From contig OX597827.1 of the NCBI GenBank assembly GCA_951406725.2, positions 45,880,001-45,944,000 of the forward strand: a stretch of 64,000 nucleotides of DNA, written 5' to 3'. How positions within the stretch are numbered: the stretch's first letter is position 1; each line of letters begins with the position of its first letter. Source of the stretch: Octopus vulgaris (taxonomy: Eukaryota). Both the position numbers and the translations under genes were made by a program. Below the pieces are notes generated by a model. It did not search any database and had not been told where the DNA came from. It saw only the letters and a program-made list of their open reading frames with translations. This document shows positions 50,461-63,424 of the stretch, piece by piece.

Positions 50461-53400
50461 AGAAAACAAAAGACAAAAATTTCTTCAAGGTGATGCCCCA
50501 GCATGGCAACAGTCTAATGATGGAAACAAGAGAAATAAAACAAACAAAAGCATTGATTTCCCTTTGTGTGTATGCATTGATTTGACTGTGTATTTGTGCA
50601 TTGGTTTATATTTATGAGTCTATAAGTTCATCTTACTGTTTACATGTCTGTTTATCTGTATTTGTTTACCAGAATGTGCACATGCTTGTTTATATGTGTG
50701 TGTGTGTGTGTCTTTATTAGTGTGTATGCAACTTTGCTCAGCTGTATGTGTGATTTGTGTGTAAAGTGTGAGCAAGTATGACATCTACAATGTATGTATG
50801 TATGTGTGTGATGTGTGTATATATACATGTGTGTGTGTGTGTGTATATGATGCATGTATCTGAATAAGTGCAAATTTGTATGTGATGCATGTGATGTGTT
50901 TACATGGTGCATGTGTACAAGTCTGCGTTGTGCGAGTATGTGTATGCGTGTCATGTATGTGATGTATAGATCTACATGAGTGAGAGTGTGTGCATACATG
51001 TGCATGCATATGTATGCATGTGAATCATTGTGACTAACAGGCTGTGCAGTGCACCCACTGAAACCCACTTAATGTACCCATCCCTCCCCAACTTCTAATT
51101 CCTATTCTATCTCAAAAAGCACCCAAAAATTGCACTAATCCTTCCTCTCCCAGAAGAACAAACCCTCCACAACACCAACAAGCTATATCTACCTCACAAG
51201 TCTGAGAAGGGCCTGCACCACAGGCTATGAGCACTATCTTGTACCCCTTGCTGAAACATGAGTCAACTGCTGAAATTCTTTACCAATTTGGTAATTAGTG
51301 TTCAACAAAAATATTTAAATCTACTGCCCCCACGAGTTCACATAAAACTCATACATGCCATGTGACTGGTGGATTTTATTTATTTAAACAAATATACACC
51401 TTTCATTATTTATTCATTAGAAGTTCAATACACGACAGAAACCGATACTCTTAACAATATACGCAAGTGTAATTATATGTATATGCATAGTTATTAGTAT
51501 ATATGTGCAAATATAGACAAAGATATACACATATGTCTAAGACAAAATCAAACACAGAGAGGATACAGCAATCCCTTGCCATATTGTGGTTCAGTTATGG
51601 TTTAGTTATTGTGGTTCACCTATTGTGGTTCATCTATCATAGTGTATCATTTAAGCTTATAGCACTTCTTCCATGGTGTTGTTTTGCATTTATAATAAAA
51701 TAAATATATACAAATTCTAAAAAAAAAAATTAAAAAAAAAAAATACAGTATAGTACTGTTTCTACTTTGAGGTTTTTCACCTATCACGAGAGGTTTTGGA
51801 AAGTAACATCCGCGACAGTTGAGGGATTATTGTATATAGATATGCATGCATATATGCACACATACTTGCATGTCTTTGAGACAGTAAATACAAGCGTGGC
51901 AGTACAGAAACAGTTACACAGATACACACCACCATGGATGCATGCGGCTAGGGGTACACACACAGACATGTGGATGTGTTTAAGATGTTAGATACTCATG
52001 TATTTGGTAAATATGATTAAAGGAAACAACATAAGCCATCCATTAACGGAAGAATCATCTCTGCTGACAATATAATGTAGATATTAGAGGCTGAGACAGC
52101 TGATAAAGTAGAATATCATTTAATATTAGTTTCTGACATAAGCAAGACAAGACCTCAAAGTGTGTGTGTGTGAAAGAGAGGGAGAGAGAAAAAGATAGAG
52201 AAGGAGAAAGAGAGAGTGTGTGTGTATGTGTTTGGAAGCCTTTCTGATATATATATATGTGTGTGTGTGTGTATTTATATATATGTATGTATGTATGTAT
52301 TTGTAAAAAGCACCATGTCCACTCTGTAAAGTGGTTGGCGTTAGGAAAAGCATCCACCGTAAAAACTGGACAAAAGCAGAATGTGAAACATGGTACAGCC
52401 CTCTGACTGACCAGCTTCTGTCCCAGCATAGGAGATGGACATTAAATGATAATGATGATATATATGAAAGGCTTCCATACAGTTTCTATCTATCAAATTC
52501 CACTTATAAAACTTTTGGCAATTGTGAAAGACACATACTGAATAACAAAATGGTGTGCAGTAAATTTAATGACATCACTATACCATGAAAATTTATATAT
52601 AGGTGCAGGAGTGGCTGTGTGGTAAGTACCTTGCTTACAAACCACATAGTTCCGGGTTCAGTCCCACTGCGCAGCACCATGGGCAAATGTCTTCTACTAT
52701 AGTCTCGGGCCAACCAAAGCCTTGTGAGTGAATTTGGTAGACAGAAACTTAAAGAAGCCTGTCATACATGTGTGTGTGTGTTTGTGTCCACCCTCCCACC
52801 CCCAACATCGCTTGGCAACCGATGCTGGTGTGGTTATGTCTCCATAACTTAGCAGTTCGGCAAAAGAGACCAATAGAATAAAGTATAAGTCCTGGGGTCG
52901 ATTTGTTCGACTAAAGGCGGTACTCCAGCATAGCCACAGTCAAATGACTGAAACAAATAAAAGAATATATAGCATCTTTCTCCCCAAAAAATCTAACAAA
53001 TAATAAGTAAATCTAATGCTCCACTTAAAATTTAATCACACTTTTAATATTCTAAACACTCACACTCAACTAATATACAACTCTTGGTATTCCCCCCCCC
53101 CCCCCCCAGTTTGGATTGCACTTTCAGTGATCCCACAGAGTTTTTGCTGAATTTTCTTTAGACTTGTCTGGTGTCAGAAACTGGTGCCTTTTCAGGGTGG
53201 GTTTCAACTTTGGAAACAAAACAACAAAATCTGCAGGAGCCAATGCTAGAGAATAGAGTGGTTGGGAGTGGGGACGAGAGTCATCTCATGCTTTACCATA
53301 TACATATATATACATATATATGTGTGTGTATATATGTATAAAGATGTATATGTATATACTTCTATGCATACATACACTTGTATATATGTATGTGTGAGCT

Positions 53401-53965
53401 GATTAACTTGTGGACTCCAAGCCAAGTGCTCTCGAGGTATTTACACAGCTATTTTTAAAATAATAGTTGACTATTACAAAAGTACTTGTATTCTGGCAAA
53501 TGATGGTTTCGTAGGTGTTAACAGAATAGCTCTTTTGTAGCGAAATCCCATTGTTTATAAAAGGTATATATGGTGTAGTAACTGCCAAAAACATTCTGGT
53601 TTATTTGAGCATGGAGTAAATTATTTAAAACCCAACATGTGTAAAGAGAGCAAGGTAGAGACAGAGGCATTTATTAGCCTTTATAGAAAGAGTAATTAAA
53701 AGAGTAATTAACAGAGATGAAATGAGAAGGAAAAAAAGGAACCATCAATATGTATGTAAGATCACATAATGGTTGAGCTTCTATACAATTTTGTCTCATC
53801 TAGGTCATCCCATAGGATGCCCCCAAGACTGTTTCCACATGTTTTTCCCATTCATCTCGATCTTCCATAATGGTCCTCAGCTCCTGTACTCCTTCCATAC
53901 CAGTATCCTCCAGCAAGTTGTCGATATAGGTTGTCTTCGTCCTTCCTTTCTTGGTTCTTCCTTCT

Positions 53966-54382
53966 TTGATGAGGTGTTTGTTTGGTGTCGTTTGGTTGGG
54001 AGCTGATTCTTCTCCATCAGGTGATACCCGTCTGTTAAAATTGAGGGCATCACCGTCATTAGATGCCCTTGGAGGTGCAACATGATCAGAGACAGGACCC
54101 GGCAAAGCAGGGGCTGGACCTACATCCACAGGTATACCATTAAGTCTGGTTCCCTGGGGAAGAGGAACCCTGGTGCAGTTAATTGTAAATTCCATAGTCT
54201 TTTCAAATGGCTAATAATGTGCGCGCGCGCCACTACTACAAACACTCTCCTACCCTGATGTAATCTCCAGGGATACAGGCATCCAGCAACAGGACCTCCG
54301 TAATGCTATGATGGACCATGAAGTCTGGCGTAGCATGGTAAATTCCATTGTCTCGACCACGGTCGAACAATGATGATGATGA
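53966..54382. mobile_element. 5'-inverted LINE insertion with a 10-bp TSD
   Basis: TSD TCTTCCTTCT (53956-53965 / 54383-54392); plus-strand 3' end LSYPDVISRDTG...MMDHEVWRSMV*+(TGA)n tail at 54235-54382; minus-strand ORF-start-like piece at 53966-54230. Confidence 0.7.
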
Positions 54383-54622
54383 TCTTCCTTCTGTTGGCTG
54401 CCAGAGCATTAGCTTGTAAGCAATTTCATTGGTGTGTCTGATGTAGTGTCCAGCTAGCCCCGTCCTTCTATGCTGCATCTTCACTGTTACTTTTGGTAGT
54501 CCCTGGTATAAATTGACGTTTGTTGTATGGCTTTTCCAGGAGACGTTGAGTGCCATTCCGAGCATCCTCATATAACAACCATGCAACTGCTTTAGTGAGC
54601 ATCCATGTTTCAGCCCCGTATA

Positions 54623-54853
54623 TATTTCTTTACTACCCACAAAGGGCTAAACACAGAGGGGACAAACAAGGACAGAAAAAGGGATTAAGTCGATTACATC
54701 GACCCCAGTGCATAACTGGTACTTAATTTATCGACCCCGAAAGGATGAAAGGCAACGTTGACCTTGGCAGAATTTGAACTTGGAACGTAACGACAGACGA
54801 AATACAGCAACGCATTTCGCCCAGCGTGCTAACGTTTCTGCCAGCTCACCGCC
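54623..54853 (-). mobile_element. Full-length family-A SINE with a 14-bp TSD
   Basis: TSD TTCAGCCCCGTATA at 54609-54622 and 54854-54867, splitting LLYGAE/TW of the host LINE. Confidence 0.93.
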
Positions 54854-56218
54854 TTCAGCCCCGTATAGAAGAACAGACTCCACTGTTGCTAGAAACAACC
54901 ACACTTTCAATTTTCTTGCTAACTTTGAACTCCATACCTTTCTCAATTTATGGCATGCGCTCCAGGTAAGAGCCTTCCTTACTACAATGTCTTTTTCAGT
55001 ACTTTGTGCCCACACACCAAGGTATTCGAAATTTTCAACTACCCTCTCTCTCTTTCGGAGGGGCACAAGCACCTACATGCACATATACACACACGGCAGT
55101 AACTTCCGCCTGCCGAATTCAATCACAAAGCTTTCTTCAGTAATATTTAAACAATAAACAATTCTTTGGCTTTTGCATTTGACGATTGCGGTATTATATT
55201 TCGATTTTCACTGGCGTAGTGGTAAGAACTACGGGATAAGTAACATTAGTTTCAAATAAAAATATAAATGGAAATTTTAATCACCCAATAGACAGGCAAA
55301 CAGAAACTGCTACTCAATAAAGGTGCAAAAATGTTTGGGGAAGTCTCTCTCCTCTTAAAAATTGACACAAAATTAGTTGAAACTTGGGGGGCAAATAAAA
55401 TAACAATGTGCATAAAATAACTTGGGGGGCAAATAAAATAACAATGTGCAATAAAATAACATAAGGCATATTCTTGGCAAATCAATTTTATCTCAAAAAT
55501 TGAACAATACCGCTTATTTTTTTAAGATGGATTAGAAACTGCAGCCATGCTGGGGCACTTCCTAGAAGGGTTTTTAGTCAAACAAATCATACTCTGTACT
55601 TACTTTTTCTAAAGTTTAGTACTTATTATATTGATCTCTTTTTGATGAACTACTAAGTTGCAGTGACAAAAACAAACCAACACCAGTAGTCAAGCAGTGT
55701 TGGGGAACAAACAGAAAGACACACACACACCCCCACACGTGGCAAATTTCTCTCAGTTTATGTTTACCTAATCCACTTGCCAGGCTTTGGTTGGTCCAGG
55801 GCTATAGTAGAAGACAATCATCCAAGGTGTCATGTAGTGGAACTGAACCTATAACCATATGGTTGGGAAGCAAACTTCTTACCACACAGCCATGCTTGGT
55901 AATATCAGTGTGAAATTTTGGCACAAGGCCAGCAATTTCGGGGGGGGGGGTGCAAAGTCAATTATAGCAACTCCAGTGCTCAACTGGTGCTCCTTTTATC
56001 GACCCCTAGAGGATTAAAGTCAAAGTCGACCTTGGCAGAATTTGAACTCAGAACATAAGGATAAACGAAATACCGCTAAGCCAACTCAAATATTAATCCC
56101 TTACAATCATCATCATCATCTAGATTTTTAAATCCAGGTTTTGTCCACCACTGATGGGAGTGGCCAGATCTACCTCAATGTCATAGCAACCAAAGTAGGC
56201 AGGTGCAGCCCACCTTTG

Positions 56219-56250
<32 letters not shown>

Positions 56251-57134
56251 TGTACCCATTCTCTTTTGTTATCATGGGGCTTTTTGGAGCTGGATTTTCT
56301 ATTTGGAGCATGCCGTTGCTTATCCCCAACCTCAGTTTCTAGACATGAGTGGTCCAGAGACCACAGCATCTACCACGATTTTTAAGAAATGTGGTGGAAA
56401 ACTAGTTCAGGAAGGCAGGGACGCTACTCCCCAAGACCCCTTTTGAGGCTCGCCTACCTATACAATGCTATGTTTTATCACGACCACTGTAATAGCATCC
56501 ACTGAGAAACTTGAATCAATCAACAAACTACACATCTATCATGCAACAGCTGTGTGCCACATGTACAGGTGGAAGTGAAGCGGTCTAATTTATATACGCA
56601 CACACGTGTTACTCTGTGTGTATGTGTGTGTAAACGTATCTATTCAAGAATATTTATTTACAAATATCACCATTAATGTGTGTGCGTATGTGTGTGCACG
56701 TAAAAGCAAGTGTATTTATTTATCAACAAATATCATCAGAGAGGGAAAGAGAGTGGGAGGAGGAGGGAGAGAGAGGGGGGACAAATAGACAGACAGACAG
56801 ACAGAAAGAGAGACAGACAAACAGAAATAGAGAGAGACAAACAGAGAGGGAGAGAGAGAGTGTGTGTTTGTGTATGCTTTTATGCATTTATGAGTAAATG
56901 AAATGAATGTACACACATACACACACACACACTTTCTCATACACATACATAATTGTGTAAGGAAAATGAAGAGAGAGAGAAAGAGAGAGAGCATTGTTAG
57001 GGTCAGTCTACAACTCTCACAAGACACATTCTGCACAATAACTCCTGTCTTAAAAGCCAACTCACATGTTCCACATTTCCTAACAAACAAAAAAACCCCC
57101 ATGCAGGATCTGAGCTCAAAATGTCAAGCGCTGG

Positions 57135-57352
57135 GTGAAAATGCCCGATGCACTAACGGTGGCACATAAAAGCACTCACTACACTCTCGGAGTGGTTGGC
57201 ATTAGGAAGGGCATCCAGGTGTAGAAACTCTGCCAGATCAGATTGTAGCCTGGTGCAGCCATCTGGTTCACCAAACATCAGTCAAATCGTCCAACCCATG
57301 CTAGCATGGAAAGCGGTTGTTAAACGATGATGATGATGACGATGATGATGAT
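57135..57352 (+). mobile_element. RTE 3' end fragment
   Basis: 'gagtggttggcattaggaagggcatccag...gctagcatggaaagcggttgttaaacgatgatgat'. Confidence 0.85.
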
Positions 57353-57359
57353 GAATATT

Positions 57360-57560
57360 TGCAGGAGCAATGTACAGAGAAGCTAAGAGCAAGATGAGAG
57401 TTAGCAACAAACGCTGTAAAGAATTTAGCATACAAGTGTTCATCAGGGTTCAGTTCTCAGTCCCAAATTGTTTGTCACAGATCTCCAGGTCTTTAAGATT
57501 GAAATGCCCGTGGAAATTATTCTTGTATGCCAACAACCTAGTTCTCATATCTAAACCTGT
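57360..57560 (+). pseudogene. Degenerate RTE reverse-transcriptase core fragment
   Basis: MYREAKSKMRV...(H)QGSVLSP...CPWKLFLYANNLVLI, a decayed QGSVLSP / LYADDLVL. Confidence 0.75.
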
Positions 57561-58068
57561 ATATAGCCTTGGTGAATTTGAGCATCCGTGTGTGTGTGTG
57601 TGTGTGTGTGTGCATGCATGTGTACAGATAATTCTGTATTCAGGTATGTGTGTTAGTCTTTCGCTGACTTTTTTCTTTATTGTCCAGCTATTTCCATATC
57701 ATATTAGCATACATTTTTGTTTTGCATCGTGTTTTTTTTGTTTTTTTTAGCTGAGCATACCATTGTGTATTGTTATTGTATACTGCAAACTCCTCATGAA
57801 TGAAGGATTCATGAAAATTTATACTCTTCCACATCTTACTTGTGTGTGTGTGTGCAGGTGTGTATGCATATACACACACACACATATATATGCATGCTCT
57901 TTAGTCAATGAATCAAACTGAAGTAACAAAGGGAGGAAGCCACAATGTTGTTGGCCAACTTGTCTTGTGCACACAAATGGTCATATACATGTGTGTGTGT
58001 GTGTATGTGAATACATGTGCATATGTGTGTATTTATTTATGTATAGATTTTCTATGACATTTTTGCTT

Positions 58069-58103
<35 letters not shown>

Positions 58104-58193
58104 GGAAGAGTTTAAGAAAAAAACAAAAGAGGAAGACAGGTGGTGCACAAAACAAACAGATGTATTAGTATAATGTTCAGGAATAGAAAAAGT

Positions 58194-58229
58194 CTTTTAC
58201 GTTTCGAGCCTACACTCTTCTACAGAAAG
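58194..58229 (-). ncRNA. Minimal type I hammerhead-like motif (A6U core variant) in a ~190-bp (TA)n-flanked element (58103-58295)
   Basis: Minus strand cttt-CTGTAGA-a-gagt(gtag)gctc-GAAA-cg-TA-aaag. Confidence 0.6.
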
Positions 58230-59381
58230 GGACACAGTAAAAACAAGGAGAGAAAAAAATGTGTGTAGTGGCTAACGATCAATCATGGCGACTATATATA
58301 CACAAACACACACACACACACACTAAATTATAGAGTAGGTTTGGGGGTAACAAATTCATAAAAACATGGTGAGGCCACTTAGGATAAAGAAGTCAAAGTT
58401 AGAGAAGTGTATGCCAAGACATTTTCTTAATGAGAAAATACTTTCTTCATCATGGTGTTGGTCAGTTTATAAAGACAGTCCTTACAGATCCCTGCTATAA
58501 GAGACACTGCCTCAAACTAGTCCATACCATAATTAAGAAAAGAGGCCAGCTAGCAGAATCATTAGCATGCCAAACAGAATACTTAGCTGCATTTTTCTTT
58601 GTCTTTACATTCTAAGTTCAAATTCCACCATCATCTGGTCAAGGTCAATGAAATAATTACTAGTTGAGCACTGACTGAGATCAAATGAAACAGACTAAAA
58701 TTAGGACTCCAGAAATGGTTCAATATGATCACAGAGGGCTTGAAGTGAAATAAAATAGCAGTAAAAACCACAAGTGTTGGCAGAATACTGTAGATGTGCA
58801 AGTACCAAATTTAAATTATAACCATAAATCTGATGTTTACTTTTTATATTCACACACACACATAATACGTGTGTATGTATATAAATTTAAGTCACAACAT
58901 AGGTGCAGGAGTGGCTGTGTGGTAAGTAGCTTGCTTACCAGCCACATGGTTCTGGTTCAGTCCCACTGCGTGGCATCTTGGGCAAGTGTCTTCTGCTATC
59001 GCCTCGGGCCGACCAAAGCCTTGTGAGTGGATTTGGTAGACAGAAACTGAAAGAAGCCTGCGTTATATATGTATGTATGTATGCTTGTGTGTCTGTGTTT
59101 GTCGCCGCAACATCGCTTGACAACTGATGCTAGTGTGTTTATGTCCCTGTAACACTAGCGGTTCGGCAAAAGAGACCGATAGAATAAGTATTAGGCTTAC
59201 AAAGAATAAGTCCTAAAGGTGGTGCTCCAGCATGGCTGCAGTCAAATGACTGAAACCAGTAAAAGAGAGGAGTATATGGATTCAACTAATCCCATGGCAC
59301 TTATTAAAAAAGCTCCCTAATGTATCATTCAACAAAACATATGGAATATATAGCATGATAGAAAATAGAAACATAAGGAAT

Positions 59382-59585
59382 GTATAAAATTATAAATGAT
59401 GAGAGAAATAGTACAATGAAATTTATTTAACCATTGGAAATTACTTATATAACAACTCTTATGTTATATTATAACATATAATAAAACAAATTATCTCTGC
59501 ATGCTTGAAGTTTCAAAACAATTGTTGTGATATAAGAATTTTACAATGGTTAAGTAGATTTTATCATATTATTTCTCTCATTATT

Positions 59586-59597
<12 letters not shown>
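59382..59597. repeat. Imperfect inverted repeat, ~75-bp arms
   Basis: 'tataaaattataaatgatgagagaaata...ttaaccattg...cttatataacaac' pairs with 'gttgtgatataag...caatggttaa...tatttctctcattatttataattttata'. Confidence 0.8.
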
Positions 59598-59633
<36 letters not shown>

Positions 59634-59731
59634 TAAAACAGTAAGATAACAAAAGAAAGAAAGAGACCTCAATATTATGTAAATAGAGGAAATTTATCTA
59701 AATAATAATATGTTACATTACTCGATAGTCA

Positions 59732-59794
59732 AGATAAAACTCTGAGTTTCAGATGCCGAAGTGGAAATCCACAACACCATCTCTTCGGTTATCT
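59732..59794 (-). ncRNA. Type I hammerhead-like motif (U4C variant) in a (TA)n-flanked element (59631-59815)
   Basis: Minus strand agataa-CCGAAGA-gatg...catc-t-GAAA-ctc(a)gag-TT-ttatct; 6-bp stem I; near-palindromic stem III. Confidence 0.65.
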
Positions 59795-59810
59795 GGCTAT
59801 AACATATTAT

Positions 59811-59850
<40 letters not shown>

Positions 59851-60532
59851 TCTATTTCATCATCAGTATTTAATATGAAATTTTCCATGCCTGCATAGGT
59901 CAGAGAAAATTTGTTGAAGCAGATTTTCTAAGGCAAGAGGCCTTTCCTCTTGTCACACACACATACACAAACTAATACCTACATGGATACACAAAAGCAG
60001 AAGAAAACACAAAATTTTTTTCATGCAAATGTTCACACACAGCCACACACTTACATGAATTACACACATAGACAATCACCCTAAAGCACATTCACACACA
60101 CACAAATATCTACAAACACACATAAATACACCATTAAGTTTTCTTCTTTATTTTTTGTGGTTTATTTTTCTCTTCCTGCTCTTTGAACAATCTCTGACAA
60201 TCTCCCACTCCTTGTTCACTTTCCAAATATATACCCTCTGCATTGTTGTAAAACAAAAGATTAACAACAATGCTTTCTCTAATCTATACAAGTCAATGTC
60301 GGTGTTAAAACCTTATGTTGAGCAACGCTTTTCTCAAATGCCAACTGTACAGACATACAGACAAGTGACAAATTTACAGACATACTGCGTAGGCATAGGC
60401 ATGACTGAGTAGTGAGAAGCCTGGTATCTTGGGCAAGTGTCTTCTACTATAGCCAAGGCTGACCAAAGCCTTGTGAGTGGATTTGGTAGACAGAAACTGA
60501 AAAAAGCCCATCATATATATATATATATACAT

Positions 60533-60952
60533 ATCATCATCATCGTTTAACGTCCGTTTTCCATGCTAGCATGGGTTGGATGGTTCGATCGGGGTCTGGG
60601 AAGCCAGCAGGCTGCAACAGGCTCCAGTCTGATCTGGCAGTGTTTCTACAGCTGGATGCCCTTCCTAACGCCAACAACTCCAAGAGTATAGTGGGTGCTT
60701 TTTACGTGCCACCGGCACAGAAGCCAGTCAAGGCGGCACTAGCATCGCCCACGTTCAGATCGTGCTTTTTACATGACACCGGCACAGGTATCACAACTAC
60801 AATTTCCATTTGATTTTTATTTTGATGTTGAAGTACTTGACTCAATAGGTACATCAATATCAAAATAAAGATCAAATGGAAATTGTAGTTGTGATACCTG
60901 TGCCGGTGGCACGTAAAAAGCACCATCTGAACGTGGGCGATGCCAGCACCGC
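60533..60952. mobile_element. RTE 3' UTR fragment ending in an inverted duplication of itself
   Basis: Arms 60733-60837 and 60849-60952 are near-identical reverse complements. Confidence 0.9.
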
Positions 60953-61806
60953 GTTATATCATTGCTATTATGTCAAACTGTTGTATGTCCAAATTTGGCC
61001 AAATGCATTTTTTTCAATATCTATTTTCTGCTTGCAATAGCCAGTTCTTTTAGTAAAACTATCATATCTCCAGCGGCTTCAAATGCCAAGATATCAAACA
61101 TTGTTGAAGTGTAGTACAACGATTTTGCTATGGAATGGTGAAATTATTTTTTTGCTTTCTGAAAAAGCAACATTTTGGACTTACGACACTTTTGCATGAT
61201 AGCAATGATACACACACACACACACACAAATACATGCATGTGTGTGTGTGTATCTGTGTTTGTCCCCCTCCACCACTTGACAACTGGTGTTGGTGAGTTT
61301 ATGTCCCCATATCTTAGTGATTTGGCAAAAGAGGCCAATACAATAAATACCAGGTTTTTAAAAAAAACTTCTATAAAAAAAATTCTATAAGCCGGTGCCC
61401 CAGTATGGCCACAGTCTAATAAGTAAAACAAAAGATGCTGAATAATAGATATACTTGTTAATTACTCCATTTTCAATCATCAGCTGGTTGAAGAATCTAT
61501 GTACATGCACAGCTTAGAGGTAAGAGCAGGTGGCACAACTGAGAAGGAGAGTCTTTAACCATCTATTCTTTTATCTTTGGTTTTGGCAACTGAGTGAGGA
61601 TGATGCAAATCTTTTGGTTAACCTCAAAATTACAACAGGTCATGAAACTGTTGATGTATTTGAAACAAGCCTCTGAAGCCCCCTGTTGTTCCTGCAAGAA
61701 CTGCAGCTTTACCTTTTCCTATAAGCAAATTCTTCAGTACAGAAACTTGTCAAATGCCTTTACTGCTGTACACATTGCATGCAGGCTTTCTGCTTTGCAA
61801 TGCCAC

Positions 61807-62038
61807 GGGCATATGGCGTAGTGGTTAAGAGTATGGGCTACTAACCCCAAGATTCCGAATTCAATGCCAGACAGAGACCTGAATAATAATAATAACAACA
61901 TAGAAAAATACCTTAGGAATGAGAACCTAAGGTATTTCCCCAAGACACTTGATGAAGGCTGGAGGGTATATCAGCTGAAACGTTGTGTTAACAACAAACA
62001 AGATGAAGACAAACATCCGTCGAAAGTGAATAATGTAC
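61807..62038 (+). mobile_element. tRNA-headed SINE-like element carrying a hammerhead motif (61944-61989)
   Basis: A box TGGCGTAGTGG (61814), B-box-like 'gaattcaatgcc' (61857), (AAT)n linker, hairpin 'aaatacctta ggaatgagaacc taaggtattt', then gacac-TTGATGA-a-ggctgg(agggtata)tcagct-GAAA-cg-TT-gtgtt. Confidence 0.75.
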
Positions 62039-62978
62039 TAGATTGAAAGTCTTTCTTTTTGTGCCCTCAATGAGCACTGTTCCAGTGGCTTTGTAATCTT
62101 TGGGGGGAATCATTAGAGATTGTTTATCCATTGAGATGCTATCCAACTGTGTCATTCCTAACTGCCTCGGGGCTCACCATATAACAGTACAGTGTCCCAA
62201 AGGTGACTGAGCCAAGACTCACCATGATTGTCAATATCTTTGACAACAACCCTTACACTACATCAACCCATGTATTTCAGATCTAGTACATGGACCAACA
62301 TGTGAAATACCAGCTCAGCCTGCCTCTTCAATCCATTCTGTTTTAAAAAAAACCAGGCACAGAGTTCTTAAACTCTTCCTTCAACTGACACACGGAAATA
62401 TCACCCCACACACTGACCAAGCCTACTTGTAATTGTGGTTTTTCAATTCTGCTTTTGGCAATGCTTAGATAGTTAACCTTTCATTAGTCTTGGTTTTGAA
62501 TAAAAAAATAAAATAATAAAATAAAAAAAAAACTCTGGCAAACATCTACCTTACTTGGTTACAAAATTCTGCCAAGCAGATGTTGCCTTGGCTGGTTGAT
62601 TCATGTTCAAAATCTGCTCATTGTTAACACCACAGCATAATTTGATTTGTTTTCTATTTTTATTCATTTGCACATTCTTTACAGAATGCGTTTCCATTCA
62701 AATTTGTGGGAAGGGTGTCCTCTACTGCTCCAGTATGTGCAGCAATATTGAAAAGAGTTGGAAACATACAAAAACGAAATTAAATATGTTTACAAAAAAA
62801 AATTCTTTTGCTCTCACCCCCACCCCCTTACAAATTAGGGTATTTGTAAGGTTCCATGCTTCATAGATGTATCCCTAGGAAGAAAGATCTTCTTTCAGGT
62901 AAACATGGCATAAATATCCAATTCCATCAAAATAAAACAACACATGTCAACTTATGACAAACACAAATAATAATAATA

Positions 62979-63165
62979 AACTGGGCCCCACCTGCAAGGT
63001 CATGTGCTGTTTATCTTGATATGAGATCACCATGTCGAGCACATATGGTTGTGATGCATGTGCCTGGTGTACCCTTATCAGACGGGTAGTCATGATGGGT
63101 ATATTAGGCTTTGTATATTTTACCCCAGTGTCACTTTGATGGCATGAACTGCTCTCTCACTCAAT
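62979..63165 (+). mobile_element. 3' fragment of the family-C retroposon within (AAT)n
   Basis: Matches 25834-26020. Confidence 0.85.
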
Positions 63166-63391
63166 AATAATAATAATAATGATACTCTTTTACTTGTTTC
63201 AGTCATTTGACTGCGGCCATGCTGGAGCACAACTTTTAGTCAAGCAAACTGACCCCAGGACTTATTCTTTGGAAGCCTAGTACTTATTCTATCAGTCTCT
63301 TTTGCCGAACTGCTAAGTTACGGGGACCTAAACACATCAGCATCGGTTGTCAAGTGATGTTGGGGGGACAAACACAGACATGCAAACATAT

Positions 63392-63424
<33 letters not shown>

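Larger units (their letters stand above)
53795..55035 (-). mobile_element. RTE-like LINE 3' fragment (third family) interrupted by two insertions
   Basis: With inserts removed: VVENFEYLG...FLATVESVLLYGAE|TW...LAGHYIRH...LWQPTEGR|TKKGRTKTTYIDNLLEDTG...MEDRDEW. Confidence 0.88.

Noticed and set aside
62545-62790. Possible exons (plus acceptor at 62684; minus donor at ~62554)
   Set aside because: Several frames are possible, none resembles a known protein, and no partner exon is identifiable.
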